A DNA stretch of 61,575 bases, counting the filler, from Nemertoderma westbladi (lineage: Eukaryota > Animalia > Xenacoelomorpha): assembly GCA_032718475.1 (NCBI GenBank). It is 3 parts of 3 records of this genome, joined end to end, with 100 filler letters (N's around TTAATTAATTAA, not from the genome) between each part and the next. Parts side by side here need not be neighbours in the genome. Positions count along the whole stretch, not along the records: positions 1 to 17,301 come from JAUCBJ010002776.1; 2 more parts are not named here. The stretch is one strand, 5' to 3'. The notes below the pieces were generated by a model. That model saw only the letters and a list, made by a program, of their open reading frames with translations, was not told where the DNA came from and ran no database searches. Shown piece by piece: positions 1 through 12,349 of the stretch. Positions within the stretch are counted from its first letter, which is position 1, and each line of letters opens with the position of its first letter. Both the position numbers and the translations under genes were made by a program.

Positions 1-689
1 AAACGGAAGTTAACACATGTATTTTGTATTTGTACAGGTCTTTATTATCTGGGTCGTTGGTCTTTGTTTAGTAGTCACCCGACACTGCGGTGTTGCGTGG
101 GGGCCACCAATCCACCCCACCCACACTCAACTCCCAACTTCCTGGACACTAGGATACTGAGTGAAAGCGTCTAAAACTACAGTACTACAGGAACTCCATG
201 ACAGACTATGGGCTAGCGACTAGGGACTGGCGCCCCTTGAACATGTAAACTGTAGTACCTACTGTACCACCTACCTTAAAGTGACCTGTGGGACCAGCCC
301 ATTATTAGTGAGGTCGGCATTTCTCTTTATCCTGCCGCTCTCTTTGTATTATAATAGCATACAGCTAACCAATGGCAATGGTCTACCCCCAGTGCGGATT
401 TCTATCTGCCATCATCCTGGGCTTTACTTACACTCAGCCTCTATTCACTGGCTGTGATTGACAAGCCAACTTGCCTCAGAAGTTCCTTTCATGAATGCCG
501 CAATTTATATTTGGCCATTTTGGTCGTTTTGGCCGCCAAAATGACCAAGTTAATGTTTATTGGGATTGGGACTGTACGTTCAGAATTACCAAACCAAACA
601 CAAAATGTTTAGTTTGAAAATTTTTTACTTGTATTTTTCGTATGCTACTGTATGTTCTTAATCACACGATAAGTAATAAAAGAAAATAA

Positions 690-975
690 ATGATATTTTA
701 ATAATAATTATGGTAGGTTTAAGATTTTATGGTGAATTATATCACTTTTTAAAATTTATAAAAATTGAATTCCGCATCCAATACGCATGCGTATCGCATG
801 CACAAGTCCGCACTTCAAGATTGCCCCAAAATTAATAAAATGCAATAAATGACATTATATTTGAATAATTATGGTAGATTCATGATTTTAACGTGAATTA
901 TATAATTTTTTTAAATTTATAAAAAAATTGAATTCCGCATCCCATCCGCATCCCGCATGCTATACGCATGTGGAT
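690..975. repeat. Degenerate ~160-bp direct duplication, probably internal to a non-autonomous element with G/C homopolymers
   Basis: aataattatggtag...gtgaattatat...aaatttataaaaa..ttgaattccgcatcc occurs at ~703-780 and again at ~864-942. Confidence 0.6.
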
Positions 976-2521
976 TGCATGTGTCTTTTTGACTGGGGGG
1001 GGGGGGGGGGGGGGGGGGGGGGCAAACTAGCACCAAAAATAATTGATGCATTGCCAGAAAATATTTTAACAAGTTTTATCGTGATCAACGTCCTCGAAAT
1101 CCTTTTTACCATCAAGATTGTAATCTTTGAGCCAAGATCTAAAAAATTTCTAAAGTAACCCCCCCCCCCCCCCCCCATGCCCCCTCCCCTCCACGGGGCC
1201 AATTAAGTACTGTAGTAATATAGCCCGGGCCCTATAGCAGATAGCGTTAAACGTACCGGTAACTCAGGTTTCGGTAGTAACTGAATATGAATCTCTTAAT
1301 TCCACATCAAGTACATAGTAGAGTAGAGAAAATAAAGTACTGTATCAGTTCCTCAATTCATTAAACGACACTATATTCCAGGATAGTTAATAATAATTCC
1401 CCTAAATAATATCAGTTCCCCATTATATTGAAGTCGTAATATTAATTTATCTCAGCATATCTATTACTGTATGTACAGTATAAAAAAACTTTCTTAAAGA
1501 ATACCCCCCCCCCCCCCCCCCCCCAAGTCCAGCAGAGCTTCATCTCTACATCATATAACAGTATAAAGAAGTCATTTTACTCTCCTTCAAGAATTTCGAT
1601 GGACGATGGACGGTATATTCTTTTTACTGGTGGTCGGGCTCCGAGGAATTTGAGGCATTTACGCAGTAGCACGCTGAAGTCGGAACAGATTCCGGGTTTA
1701 CTGAATATATCGCCCGTCGAAATGTACCAATGTTAGTGGAAGCGGGAGGCCCTGGTGTCATCTGTTCTGTAGAAAAGCCCTAGTAGTCGAATTAAGTGCC
1801 ACTGTAGACCGAGCGCGCGAGCGGCATCTATACACACAGCAATTTCCAACTACAACTGCTACTGCCTGCATACAGATTCAGATGTTATGTCCAGACCAAG
1901 ATTAGGCACCCGCGGCGCAGTGGCTGCCAGCCCGTGTGTAGAGATGATAATAACTATTCAAATATACGTAATCAGGTTATATAATAATGATAAGGCATTG
2001 ATACGTAACAGCATAATTCAGTCATCAGTAATGGAATGCCTAACGCAGTAGTGCAGTGCACAGCACATACCACATACAGAATAATACACTACTGTACATT
2101 ACCGGACCAGTACGAGAGTACTGCAGTACTGAAATATAAGTGCACTAGCTGGCACGTGGCACTTAAACTTTTCGACTGACACATTGGCCATTTTTGAAAA
2201 TACTACAATTTTATAAACCTTGCCAATGAAATCAGCACATTCTAAAACCTCAGTAGCCGAACTATAAGGCCAAATTACCAGTTTTGGCTATTTGAAAATT
2301 TCGAGCTACATACTTGTAATTTTGATGCTTTTTTAGTGTCTATTATAAATGAACAATGAAGATTTTATTCTAATTTCGCTTTCGATTACTAATAATTTTA
2401 TTTTATCTCATAAGTGTATTATTATTATTATTATAAAAGGAATTAAAATTAATATAAACACCCAAGAGTTGCATATTTCTAGTAGTGACGGCTCAATGAA
2501 TAGAGTTTGTAAAGTGTACAT

Positions 2522-2638
2522 CTAATATTCCTCCTCTCCCTCCTCATCTTCGGCTCCACCACTATCAACTCCAACCTCCTCGTAATCCTTCTCCAGAACA
2601 GCGAGATCCTCACGAGCCTCGCTGAATTCTCCCTCTTC
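2522..2638 (-). pseudogene. Alpha-tubulin C-terminal fragment (orphan last exon or pseudogene piece)
   Basis: Minus strand translates [38 protein letters not shown], the canonical alpha-tubulin tail ending EEY. Upstream sequence (WHRDVGGAL vs HWYVGEGM) diverges and I found no other tubulin exons in the window. Confidence 0.85.
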
Positions 2639-3277
2639 TAACGCACCGCCCACATCCCTGTGCCATCGTCAAGCCCTATTGGCCGCCACGACCTCCGCCC
2701 ACCCCTCCGGAATTAATTCGACTAACCAAAAAAGCATAATATGGTTTAATGATTATACAAAAGTCTTGAAGGGTGACGTATTTTGAGTAATTTTATCAAT
2801 TCCGAAAAGTGAAACTAAAAGTGGAAGAGGTGAAACTATCTTTTTTTCAGATTCCATGCAATCTCATTAAGATTTGTAAAAAAAAAATTGGGGGGGGGGG
2901 GGGGGGGGGGGGCATGTGACTGATACGACTGTATGACCCGTAATATAATGTCATTTTCTGATGACACCGACACCCCCCCCCCCCCCCCTCCAAATTTTTC
3001 TACAAAGCTTTATCATATTGCTTGAAATTTGAAACACAACTACTGTAGTTCCACTCACCGTGGTTGTTACCATGAAGCCGGAATTTTCGATTTTGCTTTT
3101 AAATTTTTTCTATAAGCGTTTTAAAAAAGTGTATTTTTCGAAATCGCACCATATCCGTATCAATGCCATTCTTCACATTATTCGTAATTTTACGATCGGA
3201 TTAAACGAAAGCTTGTCTTGCAAGTATTCCAAATATGTAACAATATCTGAATTTCGTTGAGAAACAGCTGAGATATA

Positions 3278-5193
3278 CAGTCGGGGTCTCAAAGTGCATC
3301 TGTTCTTTGAGATTTTCTCAAAGAACTAAAAGTGTCTCAAATTTCTAAAAGTGGTCCAAGAAAATGACAAAGTGTCCTCAAAGATTTCAAAGTAGTACTG
3401 TCAGTCATTTCATACAGTCCTGCCTGAAGCTGGCTATGGTATGGGGTATATTGACTTTGACTACTAAAGGGTAAAATATAAGTAATAAAAACCTCTATGA
3501 AACAATAAAGATGCCTCCAAAAAATACTGCAGTAATAAATATTTGTTACTGAAAGTAAGAATTAAACTTACTGCAGTAATAAAAAATTGTCTTTTTCTGC
3601 AGTAACAAATAATTTGTTACTGCAGTAGAAATTTTTATTCAATTATTTATTAATATTGATTACTGCAGTAATAAATATTTGTTACTGCAGTAATTGTTAT
3701 ATGTTACTGCAGTAACTAATATTTAATACAGCAGTATTTTTTGTAGGAATTTTTATTGTTTCATAGAGGATTTTATTAATTTATATTTGGGCTCTTTAGA
3801 GACGCCGTAATTGCGGGCTATCGGAATGTGTTGGTATTTGTGTCATAGACAGTTTGTCTGTTGCCCTATCTATATTAATGTATAGTGCTAAAACTGTAAC
3901 TGTTTAAATTTGTTTAGCCCACGTGAACGCCGAATTCCTTTACCAATGCATTTCAATGGTCAACCAGCCATACTTTGCCGCACTGTAAATTGTATTATAC
4001 AAAGTAAAGAATAAAGATAGAGGCAGGAATAAAGATAAATGATTCATGCGCACTAATTGGCTGTTCCCATAGATGTTTTAGGCATTGTTGGTGCGCAATG
4101 CATATGGTCAGAGCGACCGCCCAGTCTGCCAAAATCTATTATGTAATCAAATGGTACCACAAGCCAAGCAAAGCATGTGACAGTTCTTTCCGACTCTGCA
4201 CCTGTTTGTTTGAAGGTCGCCGACCGTGGGTCGCTACTCACTAGCTGTGATTGATAGTTTAAACTGGGTGCCGCTTTGCCAGAAGGCGGTACACATCAAT
4301 TGAATATGAGGCAAACATTTAAAATATGCTCAAATATAAACGCCAGCGGCAGGGGATATTTTAATATCTCTATTAAGCTAAAACAACACAAGATTGTAGC
4401 CGTTCTATCGTACTTGAAAGTCGAAAGCCTTTCTTAGTTTTTAAGAAGGAATTCTCGCGCTCTCGTCAACATAGTTATCATATTAATTAAACAGTAAAGG
4501 TAGTACGGTTTGACCTGAGGTGACTAATGAAATGAATAACAAATGTTATTTACAAGCTTTCTCCCAACAGGGCTTCTTTAGGTCATTATAATGAAACTGC
4601 GTATACACAGAGAAACTACAGAGAAGTTTCTCTTATATTAATTGTTAATCTGATATTGTATTATGTTATTAAAATAATCAATCTTGTCAAGCATTAATCT
4701 TGTTTCACAAATTATGTTTCATGTATTATTTTAATGAATGTTTTTTAGAAAGACTTTAGGGTGCCGTAAATTCAATTTGTACTTGCGACCGAAAACCCAT
4801 CCTGTAATGACCTCAGGAACCTCAATTTGATAAATTAATGGGAATATAGCTTCTATGCAACAACTGGCCAACACACAAGTATCACTTTGTTGCCCGCATA
4901 ATATTGTTCCCCGAGAATGCCTCTGCCTCTCAGTTAACTTACCACGAGCTGTCAATCAGGAATACCTCGGAGTTTATTTTCTCAAAGAATTAAAAGTGCC
5001 GCAAACTACCTCAAAGTGACATTTCTCAAAGAATTCAAAGTGCCTAAAAGCAGGAAATCACTTTGAGATTCCCAACTAAAAGTGTCTACAAGAATTCAAA
5101 GCGGCCGTTGGGAGTAATGTAATGACTTTTAGACACTTTTAGAAAAACTTTGAGAAAATCTCAAAGAACAGATGCACTTTGAGACCCCGACTG
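3278..5193. mobile_element. Non-autonomous Tc1/mariner/pogo-type element (~1.9 kb) with TA TSD
   Basis: Perfect ~46-bp TIR CAGTCGGGGTCTCAAAGTGCATCTGTTCTTTGAGATTTTCTCAAAG at both ends, flanked by TA (3276-77, 5194-95). Subterminal caaag/aaagtg repeats. No transposase ORF. Confidence 0.9.
3464..3799. mobile_element. Palindromic ~340-bp MITE with internal TTACTGCAGTAA repeats
   Basis: ctaaagg..aataaaacctctatgaaacaataaa at the left is mirrored by tttattgtttcatagaggattttatt..ctttag at the right. Multiple tactgcagta units lie inside. Confidence 0.75.
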
Positions 5194-8100
5194 TATGCGT
5201 TCAAAGATTGCAAGAATTATTGTTCGCTGAAGGCCATTTATTATATCTAATAATTACACAAAATTCTAGAACGTGTTATTTATTTTATGAGTTGGTTGGC
5301 AACAGTGGTATTCCTATACAATATCTATATTGCGTAGCTAATCATACATAAACAAATTGTTCCAGAATATTGTGTATTTATTAGATAGAATAAATGGCCT
5401 GCAGCGAACAATAATTCTTGCAATCTTTGAACGCCTATACCTCAGCTGTTTCTCAACGAAATTCCGAAATTGTTGCATATTTGAAATCCTTGGAACCCAA
5501 GCTTTCTAATGATATCTATAAAGCGAAGTTAATGTGAAGAATGACGATGATAGGCGATGTGCAATTTCGCAAAAGACGCTTTTTTAAAACGCTTTTAAAA
5601 AAAATCTAAAGGCAAAATAGAAAATTCCGGCTTCATGGTAACAACCACGGTGAGTTGAACTAATAGTGTTTCAAATTTCAAGCAATATGATAAAGATCTG
5701 TAGAAAAATTTGGGGGGGGGGGGGGGGTGGGGGTCCGTGTAATCAGAAAATGACACTATATTACGGGTCAGGGTGTATATTAAGTTAATGTTCGTAGATA
5801 CATTCCGGAAGTGAGCAAACTTTACGAGCTGTATTGAAATAATACTGATAATACTGATAATGTATGATTGGTAGCGTTATATAACATATAGTACGTATGT
5901 ACGTTTTATAGCCACGGTGCTAACATACAGTACATACTGAAGGCCTAATTTCCTGTAATAGTATTACTGTATTTGGCTTTTTGTACCATTTCAGTATAAA
6001 TTGTGTTGTTTATTTCCGCAGTGATGTAGCTGGGTTTCTGAATTTAATTCCGGATCTTGAATTCAGGCGAAGAAGTATCGGTTCCAACATGGGCTATTCT
6101 TTCTGTATACCGAGCCGGACCAGTAGGCCTACAGGCCTATTAGGCCTATTAGCTATTAACAGTAGGCCTATTAGGTATATTTAGACTAAACTGTGAAATA
6201 ATGTTGAGCTGTACCGTAAACTGTGATTTGCTTTATCAGTTGCGATTTATCCGTGAAATTTTCGAATATTAAACTAACTTACTTACAGTATATATAATTA
6301 GTGGAAATCAATACTGCAATACCGGTACATGATTCCAGTAGTCAGAAGTTGGAAGTTGTATACGATGGGTGTCACTCATCAACTAACTAACGATAGGCCT
6401 ATAGTAATTAAAGGATGTAATGAGTCCACGCCATGAGTAATCAGAAAGAGAATAATCGAGGCAACCCTAGTGACTTAATTATATCTCATTAGGGCATTGG
6501 GGCCTAATTCTGTAATTATTCATAATAGCTACAACTTCGATTATAGGTTAATCGCTTTCTTTCAAAGATGTTGGATGAGTTGAAGTTCGGCCAAAAACAC
6601 AACATTAGCATCTGCTACACCACCACCAATTAAACCGCGCCAACTGCTAGTCAACAGCCACTGGTGTGAGTCCAGTTTAGTACCGGTAACGGTAAAGGAG
6701 CTACCGCAGAAGACCGTCAGACTATGGGTTGTGCATGCGCATATTTATGTAGGACTATGATAATAATTGTATACAGTAGTGGTAGGTACTACAGTTACTG
6801 TAGATGTATTTCTAGTACAGCTCTGCTGTAGTAATTGTACCGGTAGATATAGCGTAGTATGGCAGTGTGACAATCAAGGTGACGTTCTGGTGTAAAAGAG
6901 TCAGCTGATAAAGTTTCAGTTTTGAAACATAGGACAGATAGGCCGCCAATCAGTGAATTGTTTTTCTTCTTTGTTGCTAGGCAGGCCACCATATACAGTA
7001 GTAGTAGTAGTGGGCAGGCAAACAGTCCTAAAAATAGACAGGCCGATTATACTGTAGTAGTAGTAGTAGTAGTAGAGAGAGATGCCATACTGTCCTAAAA
7101 ATAGCACCCAATCATAAATGTTATTGTTTTTGTATGGGCAATCTACCGTTAATTTATATTATTAACTTTAGAATAATCGAAATACTGCAGTTGTCACAAA
7201 TATAATTTAATTTACCGTGGCGCGTATATTATTGAAGATGTAATCTTTTTTAGTGGACTAATGTTTTTAATTGAAAAATTATACTACACATATTATACTG
7301 CACAAGGCATCGAATGCTAATGATTAAGTTTAAGCTCAAAAATCCAATAGCATATTATTCTGAATACATGGAGTTTTTTTTTGTTGAATTATAGTTAAAG
7401 GGGCATCAATATTATTGTAAAATACGTTTATGTAAATGTTTGTAGGCGAATGAAACTACAGAATTTTATTTATTTTTCAGGGGGAATTGGAATATTATAT
7501 TAAAGTATATGCACATACAATGATGGCTTTGAAAAGAAAACCCAACGAAAATCTAAAATTACGAAGAGCTAGTTATCAACATATGTCTAGACGGTGTCTG
7601 GTATTTATTCCCTGGCAACTTACTGGCAGAAAATAATTGTCTTCTTAAAATAACGAGAATTTCCCAGATGGGTCCCCGTTGCTATAGAAGATTTCAAGTC
7701 GATATTATTCATGTATTTGCAATTAAGTTATATCCTGGGACATCTAACTCTATAGAGATACGACACTGTAAGTGTATGAGTTAGTACCTCCTACAGTAGA
7801 AGTAAATGACAACCATATGGAGGAAGGCAGATGGAGGTTCCGTTCAGAGAGAGACATGAGCGCCAATTTAATCATGTTAGATGTGGGGGGGGGGTGTAGG
7901 TAAGATTACAATGAATGAAGAGAGCCGTTAACTAGTTGATGTCGGTGGTGCGAGGGTGAGGAAGAACACAATGAGTGGCGGTAAACGTTAACTGGTTAAT
8001 GGCGGCATAATATATAGCTCGCGGATGCGGGATACGGAGCCATGAGAGGATTCCCCAGCACAGGAAGGCCTCTGATTGGCCGATACTCGATTCATCCACC

Positions 8101-8437
8101 CAGATTGTACAACAAAGTAGCGCCCAAATTGGATTGGACTTTGAATTTGATGCCAACTCCGCTTGTAGATTGTCAGATATTGTGAGATGAACACATAAAT
8201 TCATCAGGAAATCTGTAGAAAAATTTTATATTGCAATATTTTTTGTATTAGGAATAGCCATTTTTTGCTTGAAATTATGTGATGTAATAGCATATGCAAT
8301 TCTTTGTCATTCGCCAAGTTTCTAAAGCATATTAAATCAATTTACAACGATTTTGGTCGTTTTCTCCCCAAAAAATTGGTCTAAAATTAACATAAATCTA
8401 ATTTTTTGTAATATCTCAGTTCTAAAACGTATATATT

Positions 8438-8462
8438 GTATCCGCTTCGGCGATACATATAT

Positions 8463-8494
<32 letters not shown>

Positions 8495-8546
8495 GGCCCC
8501 TGCGCAAGGATGACACGCAAAATCGTGAAGCGTTCACTCATTTTTT
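8438..8546 (+). ncRNA. U6: U6 spliceosomal snRNA
   Basis: 5' stem-loop GTATCCGC-TTCG-GCGATAC, ACAGAGA box, AGC triad, ISL ATGGCCCCTGCGCAAGGATGAC, ACGCAAAATCGTGAAGCGTTC, oligo-T Pol III terminator. Confidence 0.96.
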
Positions 8547-8689
8547 GTCCGTTTTTTAAAAAAAATCCGGCACCTAATGGTCTTTTTTTGATGAAAAACG
8601 AGTTTTATGGAGAAAAACCACGTTTATTTTATTTTAAAAGGTTAATTTTATCACCATATAATAAAAATAACGTATAATATGAAGAAACA

Positions 8690-9460
8690 GACAAAAAAAA
8701 CGGACAAAAAAACGGACAAAAGCCAAAAATGTCGGTCAGTTTTGTCGGTTTTTTTTGAAAATTTTTTTTTTCTAAAAATAGCTTTATATAAGAGAGATTA
8801 CCATTTCTTTTATTATGTGTCATTAAGATACGCATTTGCCACCAAACAATAGACGAAATTCCGACAAGAACCGACAAAAACCCAACTGAAGACGGACAAA
8901 ATCCTGACTATTCAACTTTCCAAATATTTTATTTTTTTATATGTAAAATAGTGGTTTATTTATTAGAGCTTAAAAATATGTACAATATACTATACTAGAC
9001 AATATACTGTACTCGTTTACTCATTTAAACATACTATATATACAAAACACCGCCTACATCTAACAGATAAATGAACGGACAAATATACGAATAAAACCCG
9101 AAGAAGTCGGTTAATTTTGTCGGTTTTTTTGAAAAAAATTTTCCTAAAAATTCCTTTATATATAAGTGAGAAAACCATTTCTTTACTTATTTTACATTAT
9201 GAAACTCATTTACTACCAACAAATTGACGAAATTCCGACAAGAGCTGTCAAAACGACAAAGCTAAAGACGGACAAAATCTAGACTATTCAACTTAGCAAA
9301 CTTTTTTCTTTTATAAATCTAGAATAGAAATTTATTCATCAGATCCTAAGAATATGTATAATGACTAGTTTTTCTGATTTAAACATCATACATACACGAC
9401 AGAGCACCGCCTCTGCATCCAACAGACAAATAAACGGACAAAAAAACCGACTAAAACACG
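8690..9460. repeat. Diverged ~370-bp tandem duplication (2 units plus a partial third)
   Basis: aacggacaaa...gtcggt..ttttgtcggttttttt..gacgaaattccgacaaga..gacggacaaaatc..gactattcaactt at ~8710-8920 and ~9073-9295; third start at ~9433. Confidence 0.75.
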
Positions 9461-12349
9461 AAAATAAATTAAGAATGTTTCATTTTGGATACATAGATTT
9501 TCAGCGCAGAAATTTTCAGGGCTGTAAGAAATATTTCTTAGAATTAAACTTAACTCCTTTTACCCGAACTTCATGTGAAAATTCGTCAAATAAACTAACT
9601 AAAATGTACATTCAATTATTTCAATTTTAGTGACATACCGAAAACAAGGGGGATTCCCAATCTATAAATATAATTGTTCTGATTGGTTGATTATGTTGGA
9701 AAAAGAAACACTTCCTGCTTTACCACCTTTAAGATTATCTAGCCAATAAGAATCAGCTTGGATTACAGAAGGCGACGCCTTTTTTATCCATTAGGAAGTC
9801 TTTGTGTAGTTTTTGTGTGTACTTAAGGTGAAGGTAATTTATTATATTAATGATAAAATTTATTCTTATTCTAATTCGATTCGCTGCCAGAAAAATCATC
9901 TGGAGTTGGGATCTTGACTAGGTTTGTTGGAGTTAATCTGATCAGATGATAATTTTTCCGAACAACTTCTCATTTATGTTTCATTCCAAGAATAGCAAGT
10001 ATATTATTAGGTGACACTGCACTCCCGACTGAATATACCTTACATGTGATCTCAAACACTACAACCTTACTACTACCTGTACTACTACAGTACTAACGAC
10101 TACAACTCTATATATCTTTTCTCTAAACGGGTTTCAAAAATGGTAATCGTTTACCGCATAAGCATTTTCACGGGCGTCTTTAACAATTTCAATTCAGTAA
10201 TGTTTATATAATAAAACGAATTTACGTAAATTCAATATATGTGTCATTAAGAAGCCGCCTTGCTGCCGAATTATCGCATACGTGCAAACTTAGGTTTCAA
10301 CACAATTTTAAACGACATTATTGTTTGTCATTACTGAGCATATTTTATTTAAATTTGTTTATTTTGCGTTAATATGATTAGTAACTGAATGGTGAAATGC
10401 GCATAGCTTAAACGGTAAACATTTTTCTTAAAATCGTAACAAGACCCTCAATACAATCCTCTCCCGCAGACAAACAACCATGTTTGAATTATAACAGCAT
10501 TCCAGCATTGCTTGTTATCCAATGAGTGACGTATCACATATTATTATATTCAAACCTATAATGATATTACTGCTGCTGCATATGCGTTTTAGAGGCTTGA
10601 ACTCCTTGCTGCAAAATAAAAGTGTGTTTAAATTAGCTGCATATACTAAAAGGGCATTTTCTGTTTCGCGTTTGGTGGATGTAGAGAATTATAATTAATT
10701 GTTTGTCATAATAAACAAGTTTTCTTGACACATAATGAAGTGTTGCTTTTCAAAATATTATTATAATAATATACAAAATATCATTAATGCGAATAATATA
10801 TCTTAAATTCAGCAACCATTAAACAGCCTACTATAATATTTACACCAAAGTGGGAATTCCCTCACACACCTATTACTTCAGCCAATAGGAAGCCGCTTCT
10901 AATAATGAATTCGAAAAAGTAAGCTTGTGTTGAGGCTAAAAATAACCGTCCAATCACAACCCGCTTCGGGCCCTGTTGAAGGTATCAAGGTAAGGATGCT
11001 TATGCTATGAATTCTATTATTAGATTTAGCTAGTAGCAATAACCCGTCGTTCATTTAATTCCAAGTAGAAAGTAGAACGCACTACCTGATTAACTCCTGG
11101 TGCTGCCTTACTCAATGTTAAATAATTTAGTGTTCTCGAATATTTGTTACGTACCTAGAGAGCCGCTTAACAATATAACCAATACCGGTATTGGGAGTTC
11201 CGTTTTGGAGTTCGCTCTGCAGACACTAAAGTTGCAATAACTTTTGAGTGTGTTAATGGATTTTGCTCAAATTACTTGCAAACCTTTTCTACTTTGATGC
11301 TCTTTTAAAACATGTAATAAAATTTAATAAATTCCACCAAAAATATTTTAATTTACTTTTCGCCGTAAAAATAGTAAAATCAATGCAATCCTATGGATTA
11401 CTTTTTCTAAAGTAGAGTAGGCCTACTCCTTTTCTACCGATTTTAGGGTAGGCCTATATTCGAGCGTAAAAGTAACAATTTAAAACAAAAAATGTTTTAT
11501 TAATATCCCTATACGAATTAATAGAATATGGGTATTAATGTTTTAATTTTTTATTCTACATTTTAATTTATTCAAGTCACTGGGAATATATTTAATTATT
11601 TTAGGCACATTACCTAATAAGACTAGTTTAATTTTAATAACAATTGATTAATTACTGTAAGAGTTAACTTGTTAGTAATTCCTGTTTGTAAAACAAACAA
11701 TGTACAGTATACAACTCATATATTATGCCGTATATATGTATCTACTTGCACTCAATATTATGCTTTCTCCAAATTTTGGCGTTACTTCAATAATAATAAT
11801 GATGATCACTGAGCTTCAACTATGGTGCCAAGGTGTAGTGCCGGCACACCGAAAGGTATTATACAGTCATATGGCTGTTATTTTTGTTGACATTTTAAGG
11901 CCGTCGATTCGGTCTCTCTATCACGTATGTTCAGCATAGTTTCATTATATGGGATTTCTGATTAAATTATTAATAATAGTTTAATGTACACCCCCTTTCG
12001 GGGTAAAATTTAAATGCACAGATAATATTTATAAATTTGCACTACATTAATAACTATCGAATATTTATTTTACCGGTATATATGCTGGAATTATATTATG
12101 AATGAATGTAATTTTAAAAGGCCTAAATATAACTGTTAACTACAAAATATGAGCTATATTTATTTATTAAAAGGCCGGTCAATGAAATTAAAATTACTAC
12201 AAACAAAATGGGCGTGTGCTGGCGGGAGGACATGGTATTTCTATAATAGGCAACGAGTTTGTGACTTAATAATGAAGTTTATTTATTTATTAAAAGGCCG
12301 GTCAGTAAACTTCGAGATAAAATATGAAAATTATGTTATGGCAGATTGG

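Larger units (their letters stand above)
2934..5775. mobile_element. Foldback/MITE (family A), almost wholly palindromic once the nested insertion is removed
   Basis: 2934-3277 plus 5196-~5280 is the imperfect reverse complement of ~5355-5770 (tgacccgtaatataatgtcattttctga.../...tcagaaaatgacactatattacgggtca). Right end reads GGTG-TA. The same arms recur at 27383 and 30287. Confidence 0.85.

Noticed and set aside
8337-8559. Short ORFs on both strands
   Set aside because: They overlap the U6 snRNA and are spurious
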